This document shows positions 27,638 through 37,080 of a DNA stretch of 64,000 nt, piece after piece (positions within the stretch are counted from its first letter, which is position 1; each line of letters starts with the position of its first letter). The notes beneath the pieces were generated by a model. The model saw nothing but the letters and a program-made list of their open reading frames with translations, did no database searches and was not told the origin of the DNA. Made by a program: the position numbers and the translations under genes. This stretch comes from Gammaproteobacteria bacterium (GTDB lineage: Bacteria; Pseudomonadota; Gammaproteobacteria; JAJDYQ01). The DNA is taken from contig JAPYNQ010000037.1 in NCBI GenBank assembly GCA_028289815.1, positions 3,953-67,952 of the forward strand, given 5' to 3'.

Positions 27638-28927
27638 ATGAATATCGCGATAATCGGTGCTGGTGTTTCCGGCCTGACGGCGGCTTTCTACCTGCAAGAT
27701 AAACATCGAATTACGCTTTATGAATCGCAACCGTATATCGGTGGGCACACCGCCACCATTGATGTGCATTATATGGGGCGCGACTACGCCATCGACACCG
27801 GATTTATCGTTTATAATGACTGGACTTACCCGAATTTCATTAAGTTGATTGCTGGATTGGGTGTTGCTACTCAGCCGACGCAAATGAGTTTTAGTGTGCG
27901 CTGTGACAGCAGCGGCCTTGAGTATGGCGGCAGCAGTTTGAACGCCCTGTTCGCGCAGCGGCGCAATTTGCTACGACCGTCATTCCATCGAATGTTACGC
28001 GATATTCTACGTTTTAATCGTGAGGCAGTCGACGATCTGGAAAGCGGCCGGATTGCAAATACGGCGACGTTGGGCGAATATCTGTACGATAATCATTACA
28101 GTGACAGTTTTATCCACCGATATTTACTGCCTATGGGGTGCGCTATCTGGTCCGCCTCGACCATGCGTATGATGGACTTTCCGCTGTTGTTTTTTATCCG
28201 TTTCTTCAAAAATCATGGCTTGCTCAGTGTTAACAATCGCCCGCAGTGGCGTGCAATCAAAGGTGGATCACGCAATTATCTGAAACCCTTGGCGGCAGGC
28301 TTCAAGGATGCCATCCGGGTCAATGCCCGGATTTTATCGGTGCATCGCTACCCGGACAGAGTTGAACTGGTCATGGCCCACGGCCAAAAGCGCGAGTATG
28401 ATCAGGTGATATTCGGTTGCCACACCGACCAAGCGTTAGCGTTGTTGACCGATGCCACCCGCATGGAACGCGATAGCTTGGTCGCGATTCCGTATCAATC
28501 GAATGAAGTTGTGCTGCATATAGACGAAAGCCTGCTACCAAAGCGGCGGGCAGCCTGGTCCAGTTGGAATTACTGGTTGCGTGAGCACCTCCAGGAGCAT
28601 GCGGTGCTCACTTACAATATGAACATCCTGCAATCAATCGAATCGAATACGACCTTTTGTGTTACGTTGAATGCGACTGATATGATTGCGACCGATAAAA
28701 TTATTCATCGATTTAATTATAGTCATCCGGTATTTTCGCTGGACTCTCTTGCCGCAGTAAAACGGATAGCAGATTTTAACGGCCTGAATCGCACTTGGTT
28801 TGTGGGTGCTTATCTGGGTAATGGCTTCCATGAAGACGGCGTGGTCAGTGCCCGTCGAGCTGCTGATGCCATTAATGCACTGTCGGTATCGCCGGCGATA
28901 ACCACGAGCGCGGTGGCCCATGTATAG
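27638..28927 (+). CDS. FAD/NAD(P)-binding amine-oxidase-family oxidoreductase
   Basis: N-terminal Rossmann motif MNIAIIGAGVSGLTAAFYL. 429 aa. Confidence 0.8.
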   Translation: MNIAIIGAGVSGLTAAFYLQDKHRITLYESQPYIGGHTATIDVHYMGRDYAIDTGFIVYNDWTYPNFIKLIAGLGVATQPTQMSFSVRCDSSGLEYGGSSLNALFAQRRNLLRPSFHRMLRDILRFNREAVDDLESGRIANTATLGEYLYDNHYSDSFIHRYLLPMGCAIWSASTMRMMDFPLLFFIRFFKNHGLLSVNNRPQWRAIKGGSRNYLKPLAAGFKDAIRVNARILSVHRYPDRVELVMAHGQKREYDQVIFGCHTDQALALLTDATRMERDSLVAIPYQSNEVVLHIDESLLPKRRAAWSSWNYWLREHLQEHAVLTYNMNILQSIESNTTFCVTLNATDMIATDKIIHRFNYSHPVFSLDSLAAVKRIADFNGLNRTWFVGAYLGNGFHEDGVVSARRAADAINALSVSPAITTSAVAHV

Positions 28928-29765
28928 CGCTATCTACGAGGGTTTCGTGCGCCACCGGCGCTTTTATCCGCGAACACACAAGTTTGTTTATCGGATATTT
29001 ATGATGTATCTGGATCTTGATGAATTGCCCACAGTGTTTGCCATGTCACCCTGGTGGTCGGAAAAACCTTGGCGACCTGCCCGATTTGTGCGTGGTGACT
29101 ATCTTGGTGATTCCAACGTACCGTTGGAGCAAGCGGTACGCATGTGCATTCAGGAAGCTGGCGGATGTTGGCATGAGGGACCGATTCGACTGCTGGTTAA
29201 TCTACGCTACTACGGTTACATCATTAACCCCCTTGCCTGCTATTATTGTTTCGATGCCAGCGAAAAATTGCGCACAATTATCGCCGAAGTTACCAATACT
29301 CCTTGGGGAGAACGCCGCAGTTATGTGCTCGAATGTGATCCGCAAACACATATCCAACGTATTCTATTTCAAAAACAAATGCATGTTTCACCATTTAATC
29401 CGATGCAGATGACATACCACTGGTGCAGTAATAATCCGGGCAGGAGACTAAGCATCAATCTGGAGGCTGAGCATGACAACCGAATTCATGTCGATGCTAC
29501 AATAGCGCTTAGGCGGCATGAAATAAATGCTGATAGTCTCGCCCGAATCCTTGTGGTTCACCCGTGGATGACGGTCAAGGTGGCTGCTGCTATTTACTGG
29601 CAGGCTCTAAGGTTATGGCTCAAACGAACCCCCTTTTACGATCACCCCGCGAGTTGTTCAGGGAATGATTATTCTGAAAATACAGGTAATTCAGGGGAAC
29701 CTCGAAAAGTCGTCATGGGTAGCACCGGAGCAGGGCATAAGAAACGCAGAAATAGCGATGTATAA
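28920..29765 (+). CDS. DUF1365 family protein
   Basis: N-terminus MYSAIYEGFVRHRRFYPRTHKFVYRIFMMYLDLDEL is the typical DUF1365 opening. Overlaps the upstream oxidoreductase gene. Confidence 0.7.
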   Translation: MYSAIYEGFVRHRRFYPRTHKFVYRIFMMYLDLDELPTVFAMSPWWSEKPWRPARFVRGDYLGDSNVPLEQAVRMCIQEAGGCWHEGPIRLLVNLRYYGYIINPLACYYCFDASEKLRTIIAEVTNTPWGERRSYVLECDPQTHIQRILFQKQMHVSPFNPMQMTYHWCSNNPGRRLSINLEAEHDNRIHVDATIALRRHEINADSLARILVVHPWMTVKVAAAIYWQALRLWLKRTPFYDHPASCSGNDYSENTGNSGEPRKVVMGSTGAGHKKRRNSDV

Positions 29766-29851
29766 TCAATACACGAGGATCCCTCGGTACTGTGCGACGC
29801 TGCTACGGTGTTGCATAGTAGATTTTTATAGTTTCTCTCAAATACCAAGCC

Positions 29852-31114
29852 ATGACGACGATACAGCAATCTGAGGTGCGCAGCCCTGGCAAAGCGGGAC
29901 GGTTTGAGAACTTTGCTCGCCGCCAGGTACTAAAGTATATGACCCATATCGGGAAGGGCAGCCTAGTGATTGAGGACGGTAACGCAATCATCGAGCTGGG
30001 CCAGGCACCGGGTGAGTCGGATATTAATGCACGTATCGTTATTTATGACCGCAGCGCCTACTATGATTTTATTCTGCGTGGTTCAATCGGCGGGGCTGAA
30101 GCCTATATGTCCGGTAAATGGTCATCGCCCGACCTGCTTGACGTGATGCGGGTTATGGCTGCCAATATTGATGTACTCAATGGCATGGATGATTCGCGAT
30201 TTTTTGGCTGGCGCATCATCGACAGAATCGGCCATTGGCTCAACCGAAATACTGCCGGACAGGTACGTGCGAATATTTCAAGTCACTATGATTTAAGCAA
30301 TGATTTCTTTGCGCTGTTTTTGGATCCGGCGATGATGTATTCGGCAGCCATCTTTCCACACGAAAGAGCCAGTCTTGACGAAGCCGCACTCCACAAACTC
30401 GACGTGATCTGCCAAAAGCTAGAGCTGAATCCCGGTGATCACCTGCTCGAAATCGGTACCGGATGGGGGGGACTTGCGATCCATGCAGTTACACACTATG
30501 GCTGTCAAGTAACCACTACAACAATTTCCAAACAACAATTCGAGGCGGCAAATGAGCGTGTACGTGAGGCTGGTCTCGCAGATCGGATAACGGTATTATT
30601 TGAAGATTATCGGGAGCTGTGCGGCGAATTTGACAAGCTCGTATCGGTGGAAATGATTGAGGCGGTCGGGCATGAATATTACCCGCAATATTTCAGTGGT
30701 TGTGCTTCACTGTTAAAGAAAAATGGCCTGATGTTGCTACAGGCAATTACGGTGCCTGATCAGCGCTTTCGACATGCGCAGAAATCAGTCGATTTTATCC
30801 AGAAATATATCTTCCCTGGTGGTTCGCTACCAAGCCATGAAACTATCATTGCCACAGTAAAAAATCATACCGACATGGTTATGGTAGGAATGCAGGAAAT
30901 CGGCATTGACTATGCCAAGACACTGGCCGCTTGGCGCCAACGTTTTACTGAAAAGCTTGAACAAGTGCGCGCCCTCGGATTTGACGAATATTTCATCCGC
31001 ATGTGGGAGTATTACCTGTGCTACTGCCAAGGTGGCTTCCAGGAGCGCAGCCTCGGCACCGCACAGATTATGCTGGCCAGACCGGACTGGCGTCCAACCA
31101 GAGTTGTACTATAA
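29852..31114 (+). CDS. cfa: Cyclopropane-fatty-acyl-phospholipid synthase
   Basis: 420 aa. Full-length Cfa architecture with SAM motif LLEIGTGWGGLAIHAVTHYG and the C-terminal YYLCYCQGGFQERSLGTAQIMLAR. Confidence 0.9.
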   Translation: MTTIQQSEVRSPGKAGRFENFARRQVLKYMTHIGKGSLVIEDGNAIIELGQAPGESDINARIVIYDRSAYYDFILRGSIGGAEAYMSGKWSSPDLLDVMRVMAANIDVLNGMDDSRFFGWRIIDRIGHWLNRNTAGQVRANISSHYDLSNDFFALFLDPAMMYSAAIFPHERASLDEAALHKLDVICQKLELNPGDHLLEIGTGWGGLAIHAVTHYGCQVTTTTISKQQFEAANERVREAGLADRITVLFEDYRELCGEFDKLVSVEMIEAVGHEYYPQYFSGCASLLKKNGLMLLQAITVPDQRFRHAQKSVDFIQKYIFPGGSLPSHETIIATVKNHTDMVMVGMQEIGIDYAKTLAAWRQRFTEKLEQVRALGFDEYFIRMWEYYLCYCQGGFQERSLGTAQIMLARPDWRPTRVVL

Positions 31115-31555
31115 AAAGCGCACGGCTCTTCTGCCCTGATTACAGGGCGTAGCGCTTTTATGGGCTTTGTGTATAGGCCATAAACTCAGAAATATGTTGC
31201 CGTCGCCAAAATGCCATCGGCGTGCGCCACCAGCGACTTGATCCAGCCCAGTGCCGGGCCGGCTGCCCGTTGTCATCCGCATAGTCTGTTTGATGTTCGT
31301 AGTCTATTGGCATATCCACGCCGGCGACTGCGGCCATACTGGCGGCCACCACGGCTGCGGCATCCGACAGCCGCTAGGTGCGTCCGTCACGGGCGGTAAT
31401 ATCGCCCGTGGCCATCAAACTTGATCAGGGATTGCTGCGCCCGCCGGGTTAAGCTCCTGGGCGCAACAGGCTGTATGTGTGCTGCTCATGGCGCAGCACC
31501 CTAGCGCAGGATTTGTGACAGCGCACCACAAGTGTGTCACTATTTTTTCAGCGCA

Positions 31556-31584
31556 AGAAAAACCGCCCGAAGACGGTTTTTGTT
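31556..31584. terminator. Bidirectional hairpin terminator candidate between the cfa operon and the minus-strand membrane-protein pair
   Basis: aaaaaccgcccgaagacggtttttgtt: stem AAAACCG/CGGTTTT with T/A-runs on both sides. Confidence 0.4.
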
Positions 31585-31684
31585 AAAATTTACGATTATC
31601 GGGGAGGCTGCTTGCGTTTGTCAGTTTCCCTTCCTCGTTGCCGGCTGAATTTATCCAGCCGAAACGATTAACTTCTTCTTGACC

Positions 31685-32275
31685 CTATGCCGCGTTGCGA
31701 GGGCCGCGATGGAAGTGTCCGGCAGGGCGCAAGCTCGACGACGCGATAATGGTATCCGTCATCCCCGCGCTTCGACTGATTAAGCCCAGCATCTTACGCT
31801 GTCCGTTGCGCCAGAAACTGAGCAAAGCAATGCATGGTGTCAGAACCATTGCAAAGGCCAGCATAAGTGGGTTGCGCAAAACCATGACACTGATCACGGT
31901 TAAACAGACGCGCAACATGTCTCCAAGGAGGCGATCACGCAGGGCGATGTCTTCGATTTCCAAGATGGATTTAACCACAGATGACCGTGACTGACGGCGG
32001 TCAACCTGGGTGCCCATCAACGAAAATAGCCACACCCGCCCCCAACAAAAGTATTCCAAGTATCGGTTAATCATGTTGATTTCCGAGCGCATATCGCGGT
32101 ACAGCGGATCATCAAAGCCAAACCCCTGAACCTTACCGGATGAGGCCAGCAAAAAAAGACTATCCCTGACCTCGAATAGGGCTTGACGCCCCCAGTCCAC
32201 CATCAAATTCGGCCACTTGCAACTGAAAAACCAGAATAACAACCCCAAACCGACGAAAAATTCGATGTTATTCAT
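31685..32275 (-). CDS. Hypothetical membrane protein (N- and C-terminal TM segments)
   Basis: 196-aa ORF with hydrophobic helices FFVGLGLLFWFF and LTVISVMVL...AFAMVLTPCIALLSFW. Start overlaps the stop of the upstream small gene (ATGA). Confidence 0.4.
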   Translation of the reverse strand: MNNIEFFVGLGLLFWFFSCKWPNLMVDWGRQALFEVRDSLFLLASSGKVQGFGFDDPLYRDMRSEINMINRYLEYFCWGRVWLFSLMGTQVDRRQSRSSVVKSILEIEDIALRDRLLGDMLRVCLTVISVMVLRNPLMLAFAMVLTPCIALLSFWRNGQRKMLGLISRSAGMTDTIIASSSLRPAGHFHRGPRNAA

Positions 32276-32637
32276 AACTTATCCTCCGGATTAGTCTGCC
32301 CATCGGGCAGGAGATTGCTGGATGTCCTGTTTGGGTCCAGCCGTGATTCCAGTTTTTTGATGTGTTCCTGCATACTGGAGACTTTGCGCAATCTCAGTTC
32401 ATGTTCCCCCAAAGCCCAAATACCAGCAAAAAAAGCTAAGACCCAAGGTATGCCATAATCGGTGTCGCCTAACGCAATGGATACGCCCGTCTCGCTTCCG
32501 GCCAGCGCTTCTACGGAGCAATAGAGATAATAGGCTATAATACAATAGACAGTACCCTTGATTAACAATCCCACAACATTATATGCACGCTCAATAATCA
32601 GCAAGCGAACAGTGTAACGATTTTCCTCATCGCTCAT
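32272..32637 (-). CDS. Hypothetical small 2-TM membrane protein
   Basis: 121-aa ORF with helices VVGLLIKGTVYCIIAYYLY and IPWVLAFFAGIWAL. Coupled to the downstream 196-aa gene. Confidence 0.4.
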   Translation of the reverse strand: MSDEENRYTVRLLIIERAYNVVGLLIKGTVYCIIAYYLYCSVEALAGSETGVSIALGDTDYGIPWVLAFFAGIWALGEHELRLRKVSSMQEHIKKLESRLDPNRTSSNLLPDGQTNPEDKL

Positions 32638-32834
32638 GGTAGCTCATATCGTTTACCCTTGTCTTTAAGGTAAGCGTAATATGCCTACATTGCAAGCGAT
32701 TTTTGTGATTATTTGATTAACTTAGGCTATTTTTTATGAGGGTTCCACCTGTTCAAAGCAGGCATCACCAAAATATTAACCAAGTTACTTGCTATGGATC
32801 ATTCCTAGTATCGCCGAAAATACCCAGCATCATT

Positions 32835-33041
32835 TCACCCAAGCGATACTTTGACGCGCACCCCATCTCGCACAGCCCCGGAATCCACCGAAAGGATAAG
32901 ATATTCCCCATATAAACGGGTTTCCATCGGCTCAGAGCGAGGTCGCTTTATCAGACGCTTAGCATCAAAACCATCTGCGATAGGCATATCCTGAATATAC
33001 ATCTGATCTTGTTCTTGCATCCCTCTGGCAAGTTGCTCCAT
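32835..33041 (-). CDS. Hypothetical 68-aa ORF (possibly a fragment)
   Basis: ORF only. No recognisable motif and no convincing RBS. Confidence 0.15.
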   Translation of the reverse strand: MEQLARGMQEQDQMYIQDMPIADGFDAKRLIKRPRSEPMETRLYGEYLILSVDSGAVRDGVRVKVSLG

Positions 33042-33073
33042 AATCCGCCCTTAATTCTCAATAAGTTTCGTTA

Positions 33074-34324
33074 ATGAATGGTACTCCCTACGTTGTAAAA
33101 TTTTCAGGTGGTCGGTCATCCGGGATGATGCTGATGGAACTACTGAAAGAGGGGAGGTTATCACCAGAACGGGGTGATGTGATTGTGTTTAACAACACCT
33201 CTGCCGAGCACCCGGCGACCTATGATTTTACTCGAACACTCAAGCATCTGGCTGAGGAGCAGCATAACGTTCCTTTCTTCTGGATTGAGTACCAAACCTA
33301 CGAAGATGCTGGCAGATACGGTTGGCAGCGCTACTCTACGTATCGGCTGGTCAATGAATTTCCCTGGAGTGAGGGCAACTTGCAAGGTTATCGCTGGAGA
33401 GGAGAAGTATTTGAAGAAATGATCTCGCAAGCTGGATTTTTGCCCAACATGCAGGCCCGCATTTGCACCCAGAAATTGAAAATCCGCATAACGAATGAGT
33501 TTTTAGCAGACTGGTTGGCACAAAAAGACGGGATAGAACGGCTTGGACACACGGGCGATACGTCCCGAATGAGCGATGACGACGTCGTTCGATGTCACCA
33601 AGCCTGCGGTGGAACAACACCGAATGCTATTTTGTTGGCCAAGAAGTCATTTTTAAGAAAACAACCTTTTGTCAGGGAATCGGTGAGATGGCAGGACTTT
33701 ACGAAAAGCCGGTTATGTATGAGTAATGAGTCGTTCAAGAGCTCAATTCGAGGTGGCAAATGTCAGTTGTTTGGTGAACACGCCGTTGATTATGTTTCCT
33801 GTCTGGGGATACGCAAAGATGAGGAAATTCGGGCTGACAAGATCAGGTCCCGGGTTGATCACGCTAAAGGTCAAAAAACACGTTCTTCTACTGGTCAGCC
33901 CCCAGGGGAACATATTTTTGTGCCATTAGTGGATCATAATATTGTCAAGCGGGATGTCATTGACTTCTGGAAAAAACAACCGTTTGATCTGGAATTGCCT
34001 GATAATGGGCTTTTCTCAAACTGTGTCTATTGTCCCTTAAAGGGCAAGAAGAAACTGACAGCGATAGCGCAAAGTGCGTTATCTTCGTCTATGTCTTCGG
34101 ATGGTCCTGCCTCCATTGACTGGTGGATTGAGATGGAGCGTAAATATCGTCGGGACTTGAGGGCCGAGAAGCGTGCTATCACGTCGAAAAAGAAAGCGGC
34201 GTATATCAGTTTTTTTGGAGCATCCGATGATTGTGTCTATGACAACATCAAAGGTCGAAAAGGCAAGTTAGCAGCAGACTATCTTGAAGAAGATAGCCAT
34301 ATCCCATGTAACTGTACCGATTAA
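33074..34324 (+). CDS. PAPS-reductase-family (PP-loop ATP pyrophosphatase) protein with Cys-rich C-terminal half; not a canonical CysH
   Basis: N-terminal YVVKFSGGRSSGMM (variant of the SGGxDS PP-loop) and VIVFNNTSAEHPATYDF (matches the family block vvFvDTG.eFpET.eF). It lacks the CysH C-terminal ECGLH motif. Cys-rich blocks are present (RCHQAC, CQLFGEH, NCVYCPLKG, CNCTD). First gene of an AT-richer coupled cassette. Confidence 0.7.
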   Translation: MNGTPYVVKFSGGRSSGMMLMELLKEGRLSPERGDVIVFNNTSAEHPATYDFTRTLKHLAEEQHNVPFFWIEYQTYEDAGRYGWQRYSTYRLVNEFPWSEGNLQGYRWRGEVFEEMISQAGFLPNMQARICTQKLKIRITNEFLADWLAQKDGIERLGHTGDTSRMSDDDVVRCHQACGGTTPNAILLAKKSFLRKQPFVRESVRWQDFTKSRLCMSNESFKSSIRGGKCQLFGEHAVDYVSCLGIRKDEEIRADKIRSRVDHAKGQKTRSSTGQPPGEHIFVPLVDHNIVKRDVIDFWKKQPFDLELPDNGLFSNCVYCPLKGKKKLTAIAQSALSSSMSSDGPASIDWWIEMERKYRRDLRAEKRAITSKKKAAYISFFGASDDCVYDNIKGRKGKLAADYLEEDSHIPCNCTD

Positions 34325-34336
34325 TCAGGAGAAGAT

Positions 34337-36211
34337 ATGTCAGAACTTTATTTCAGAACCGGTGAAATGAAGGGATTCACCTCTATTGAACTGGAGCATA
34401 CAAAAAAAGGCTATACGAATCCAATCAGAGAGCTGTTGCAGAATGCCTTGGATGCCTCCCGTGAAGGCGGTAATCGGGTATGCAAGGTGAATATATACAT
34501 TGAGAAAATCCGTATAGGTCAAGTTCCACACATAAAAAAATATAAAGAAGTGCTAAAAAAAGCTATTGATACAGCAAAAGAACAGGGTAGTTATAATGAA
34601 AACTCAAAGCAAAGGGTTGCGCCCATTGAAAAGACCTTGCAGCAAAAAGAGCTAGAGGTGTTGGTGTTCGTCGATGATGGCATAGGGATAAAACAAAAGG
34701 ATCGGGATGCCATACTAACGGGAGGCGTTAGTAATAAGGGCAGTGAAGAATCGGGAGGTTCCTTTGGTGTGGGTCATTTGTCCAGTTATTCACTTTCATC
34801 GCTTCGCTATGTGCTCTACGCCGCTAGGCATAAAGACAATGGTACTACAAAAACACTATATACCGGCTCACCAATTTTAGCTGGGTATAGAGATAAAGAT
34901 GCACAGCGAGGCAACCGGGGCTGGATTGTCGTGAAGAGCCCTGAGAATGAAAAGGATCCAGAGTTTACCTATCCTGAAGAACCCCCCGATTTTATTAAAT
35001 CCAAAATGGATAAACTTGATACAGGTACAGCCATTGCTGTTTTGGGCTTGTCGGAAGCTTGGGGTGGGAGTGCCGAATATGCCATCGTCAGTAATTTTTT
35101 TCATGCTATCAATCATGAAAGTTTAAAGATTACTATCCATAAAAATAGTCGTTCAGAGGAAATCTCTGATGACCGAGTTAAACAGCTGGTCACCGAAAGG
35201 AAAGGTAAGAAACGAGCAAGAGGAGACGAGATACTATCCGGGGCGATGGTTTTTCAAGCATGGCAAGCGATTCAAGAGGAGGGCTCGCAAAAGACCATTG
35301 AGCTCAGTAATTCCGATAAGATTTGTGTCTTCATTAGAAGCGACAAAAGCATCAGTCCTGCTATTATTCTGGTCAGGAATGGGATGGTCGTTGCCCGCCA
35401 TGATTCTATGCTATCCCCAGACATAGACGGACTAAGAAAAGATCCAGGTTTTGAACCTTTTACTGTAATTATTGATGTCGATGGACAAGGTGCCCCGGAA
35501 TTGTTTAGGCTAGTAAAAGGTGCCGAAGGACCCCATCATAATGAATTGCAGAAAGGCCTCCTGAATAGAAATAATGATGAGGAAAAGCTGAAGAAACTAT
35601 TAAAAGAACTAAGCGAGAAGATAAAGGCAGATCATCTGAAAAAAATAGAACGAGATTCTTTTAATTTGCCTTTATTCACCGTGTCCAATAAGGACATGGG
35701 AAAAGCCATCGGTATCAACAAATCAGATGGACAAAGCAAGACAGGGACTCCCACCCGTCCACCAAAAAAACCGCCTGCGTCCAATAATGGAGGGCCGGGA
35801 GAAGGTGGCGGACGCCCTCCACCAACGGTTACTTCCAGATTACTGAAGTCAAAGACTGCTGCTCGATATGTAGAAAAGAGCGACAAATGGGAGGTACGAC
35901 TAAGAATTAATCCTGAAGATCTAAATAATGACAAGGATGATACATACTTGTTAATGGGTTTGGCGGAAGATAATGATAATGATAAGGAACAATGTACTTA
36001 CCTTGATTTCATAACAGCTGAATTGAATGGCGAAGTAGTAGAAATTTCCGATGATAATAAAAGGTCAATTAAACTGGGCCCATTAAATGAAAAAGAGCAA
36101 TATGACCTGATCGCCGAGATTGAAAAACCAGATGATATCGGAAATATGAAAGCGGCTCTCCTGCCAGTATTAGGTTTGAAACGACGTAAAAAATCTGAGG
36201 GGAAACCATAA
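34337..36211 (+). CDS. GHKL (Bergerat-fold, Hsp90/MORC/histidine-kinase-like) ATPase with Pro/Gly-rich linker and C-terminal domain
   Basis: N-box IRELLQNALDAS (ExxxNAxD), G1 box VFVDDGIGI, G2 box GGSFGVGHLSSYS. A low-complexity linker TGTPTRPPKKPPASNNGGPGEGGGRPPP follows, then a charged C-terminal domain. AGGAGAAG RBS at 34327-34334, 12 nt after the gene A stop. Confidence 0.7.
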   Translation: MSELYFRTGEMKGFTSIELEHTKKGYTNPIRELLQNALDASREGGNRVCKVNIYIEKIRIGQVPHIKKYKEVLKKAIDTAKEQGSYNENSKQRVAPIEKTLQQKELEVLVFVDDGIGIKQKDRDAILTGGVSNKGSEESGGSFGVGHLSSYSLSSLRYVLYAARHKDNGTTKTLYTGSPILAGYRDKDAQRGNRGWIVVKSPENEKDPEFTYPEEPPDFIKSKMDKLDTGTAIAVLGLSEAWGGSAEYAIVSNFFHAINHESLKITIHKNSRSEEISDDRVKQLVTERKGKKRARGDEILSGAMVFQAWQAIQEEGSQKTIELSNSDKICVFIRSDKSISPAIILVRNGMVVARHDSMLSPDIDGLRKDPGFEPFTVIIDVDGQGAPELFRLVKGAEGPHHNELQKGLLNRNNDEEKLKKLLKELSEKIKADHLKKIERDSFNLPLFTVSNKDMGKAIGINKSDGQSKTGTPTRPPKKPPASNNGGPGEGGGRPPPTVTSRLLKSKTAARYVEKSDKWEVRLRINPEDLNNDKDDTYLLMGLAEDNDNDKEQCTYLDFITAELNGEVVEISDDNKRSIKLGPLNEKEQYDLIAEIEKPDDIGNMKAALLPVLGLKRRKKSEGKP

Positions 36212-37080
36212 TGCCAGATAATCTAACGCTTGATTTTCCAATCTTAAGAGAAGATAGCGGTGACTTTTCAGAAAAAATCGCTTATGAAGTCGAAGCTAAA
36301 CAGGATGATGGAAAGCTACACATAGAACATAGACTTAAGGGCTGTTCGTTCATTTCAAATATGATTGAAAGGGGCAAGGCTAAATTTTCTGTCAGATTGC
36401 TCTACAAGGATAGTTCCGAGCGACAACATCACCTGTATAACGCAAGCAATCCGTCCATGCAAAACGGAGTCATCGCTATTACGCAGACTATAACCATGGA
36501 TTTTTCTTATGCTCCGGAAATTATGCCTAGTATTATTGCTTTGAAAAAAGAGAAAATCACAGTGAATGATTCATCGGGGCTGACAGACTTCTGGAGATCG
36601 GGCGAATCCTTTTCCATACCTGGATACGCTCGCATTGCTATAGGTCCAAAAATAAAATTCTCCGAGGGAGATGTATCTCATTTGATGAGACTGATTAATG
36701 ACGAAAGCCTTAAAGATGGTGAAATGAAAGTTGAGGTCAATGAATATGCCGGAGAAGGTGAAACCCCTGTTACATTGGTTTGCGGCAGCGATGTCTACGA
36801 TCAGCTGGCCAAACTAAGTCAAGCAGAACCAGTCAATCCCAATAAATCAATGGGTTGGGCTATTGTTACCCAAGCGTTGTGTGCCACCTATGCATATATG
36901 CAGAGTTTAGAGCAAGGCAAGAAAGAAAATGTAGGTGGTGTGCTCTTGCACCACTTGCAAATGCTCGCAGATAAAACAGGAAAGGACTGGAAGGATGATG
37001 ACTTCGAACCTAGCTTGGCTGCTACAAAAATGCATCCCTATGTCCTGAGTGTGTTCAAAGCAGGAGTTGATGATGAGTGA
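36211..37080 (+). CDS. Hypothetical protein (cassette gene C, no recognised motif)
   Basis: 289-aa ORF. Its ATG overlaps the gene B stop by 1 nt (TAATG). Same AT-rich composition. Confidence 0.5.
   Translation: MPDNLTLDFPILREDSGDFSEKIAYEVEAKQDDGKLHIEHRLKGCSFISNMIERGKAKFSVRLLYKDSSERQHHLYNASNPSMQNGVIAITQTITMDFSYAPEIMPSIIALKKEKITVNDSSGLTDFWRSGESFSIPGYARIAIGPKIKFSEGDVSHLMRLINDESLKDGEMKVEVNEYAGEGETPVTLVCGSDVYDQLAKLSQAEPVNPNKSMGWAIVTQALCATYAYMQSLEQGKKENVGGVLLHHLQMLADKTGKDWKDDDFEPSLAATKMHPYVLSVFKAGVDDE

Noticed and set aside
31158-31400. Minus-strand reading frame MATGDITARDGRT*RLSDAAAVVAASMAAVAGVDMPIDYEHQTDYADDNGQP..., which is interrupted by an in-frame TAG
   Set aside because: It could be a gene remnant, but I cannot assign any family. 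It sits in a terminator-containing intergenic region, so the evidence is too weak.
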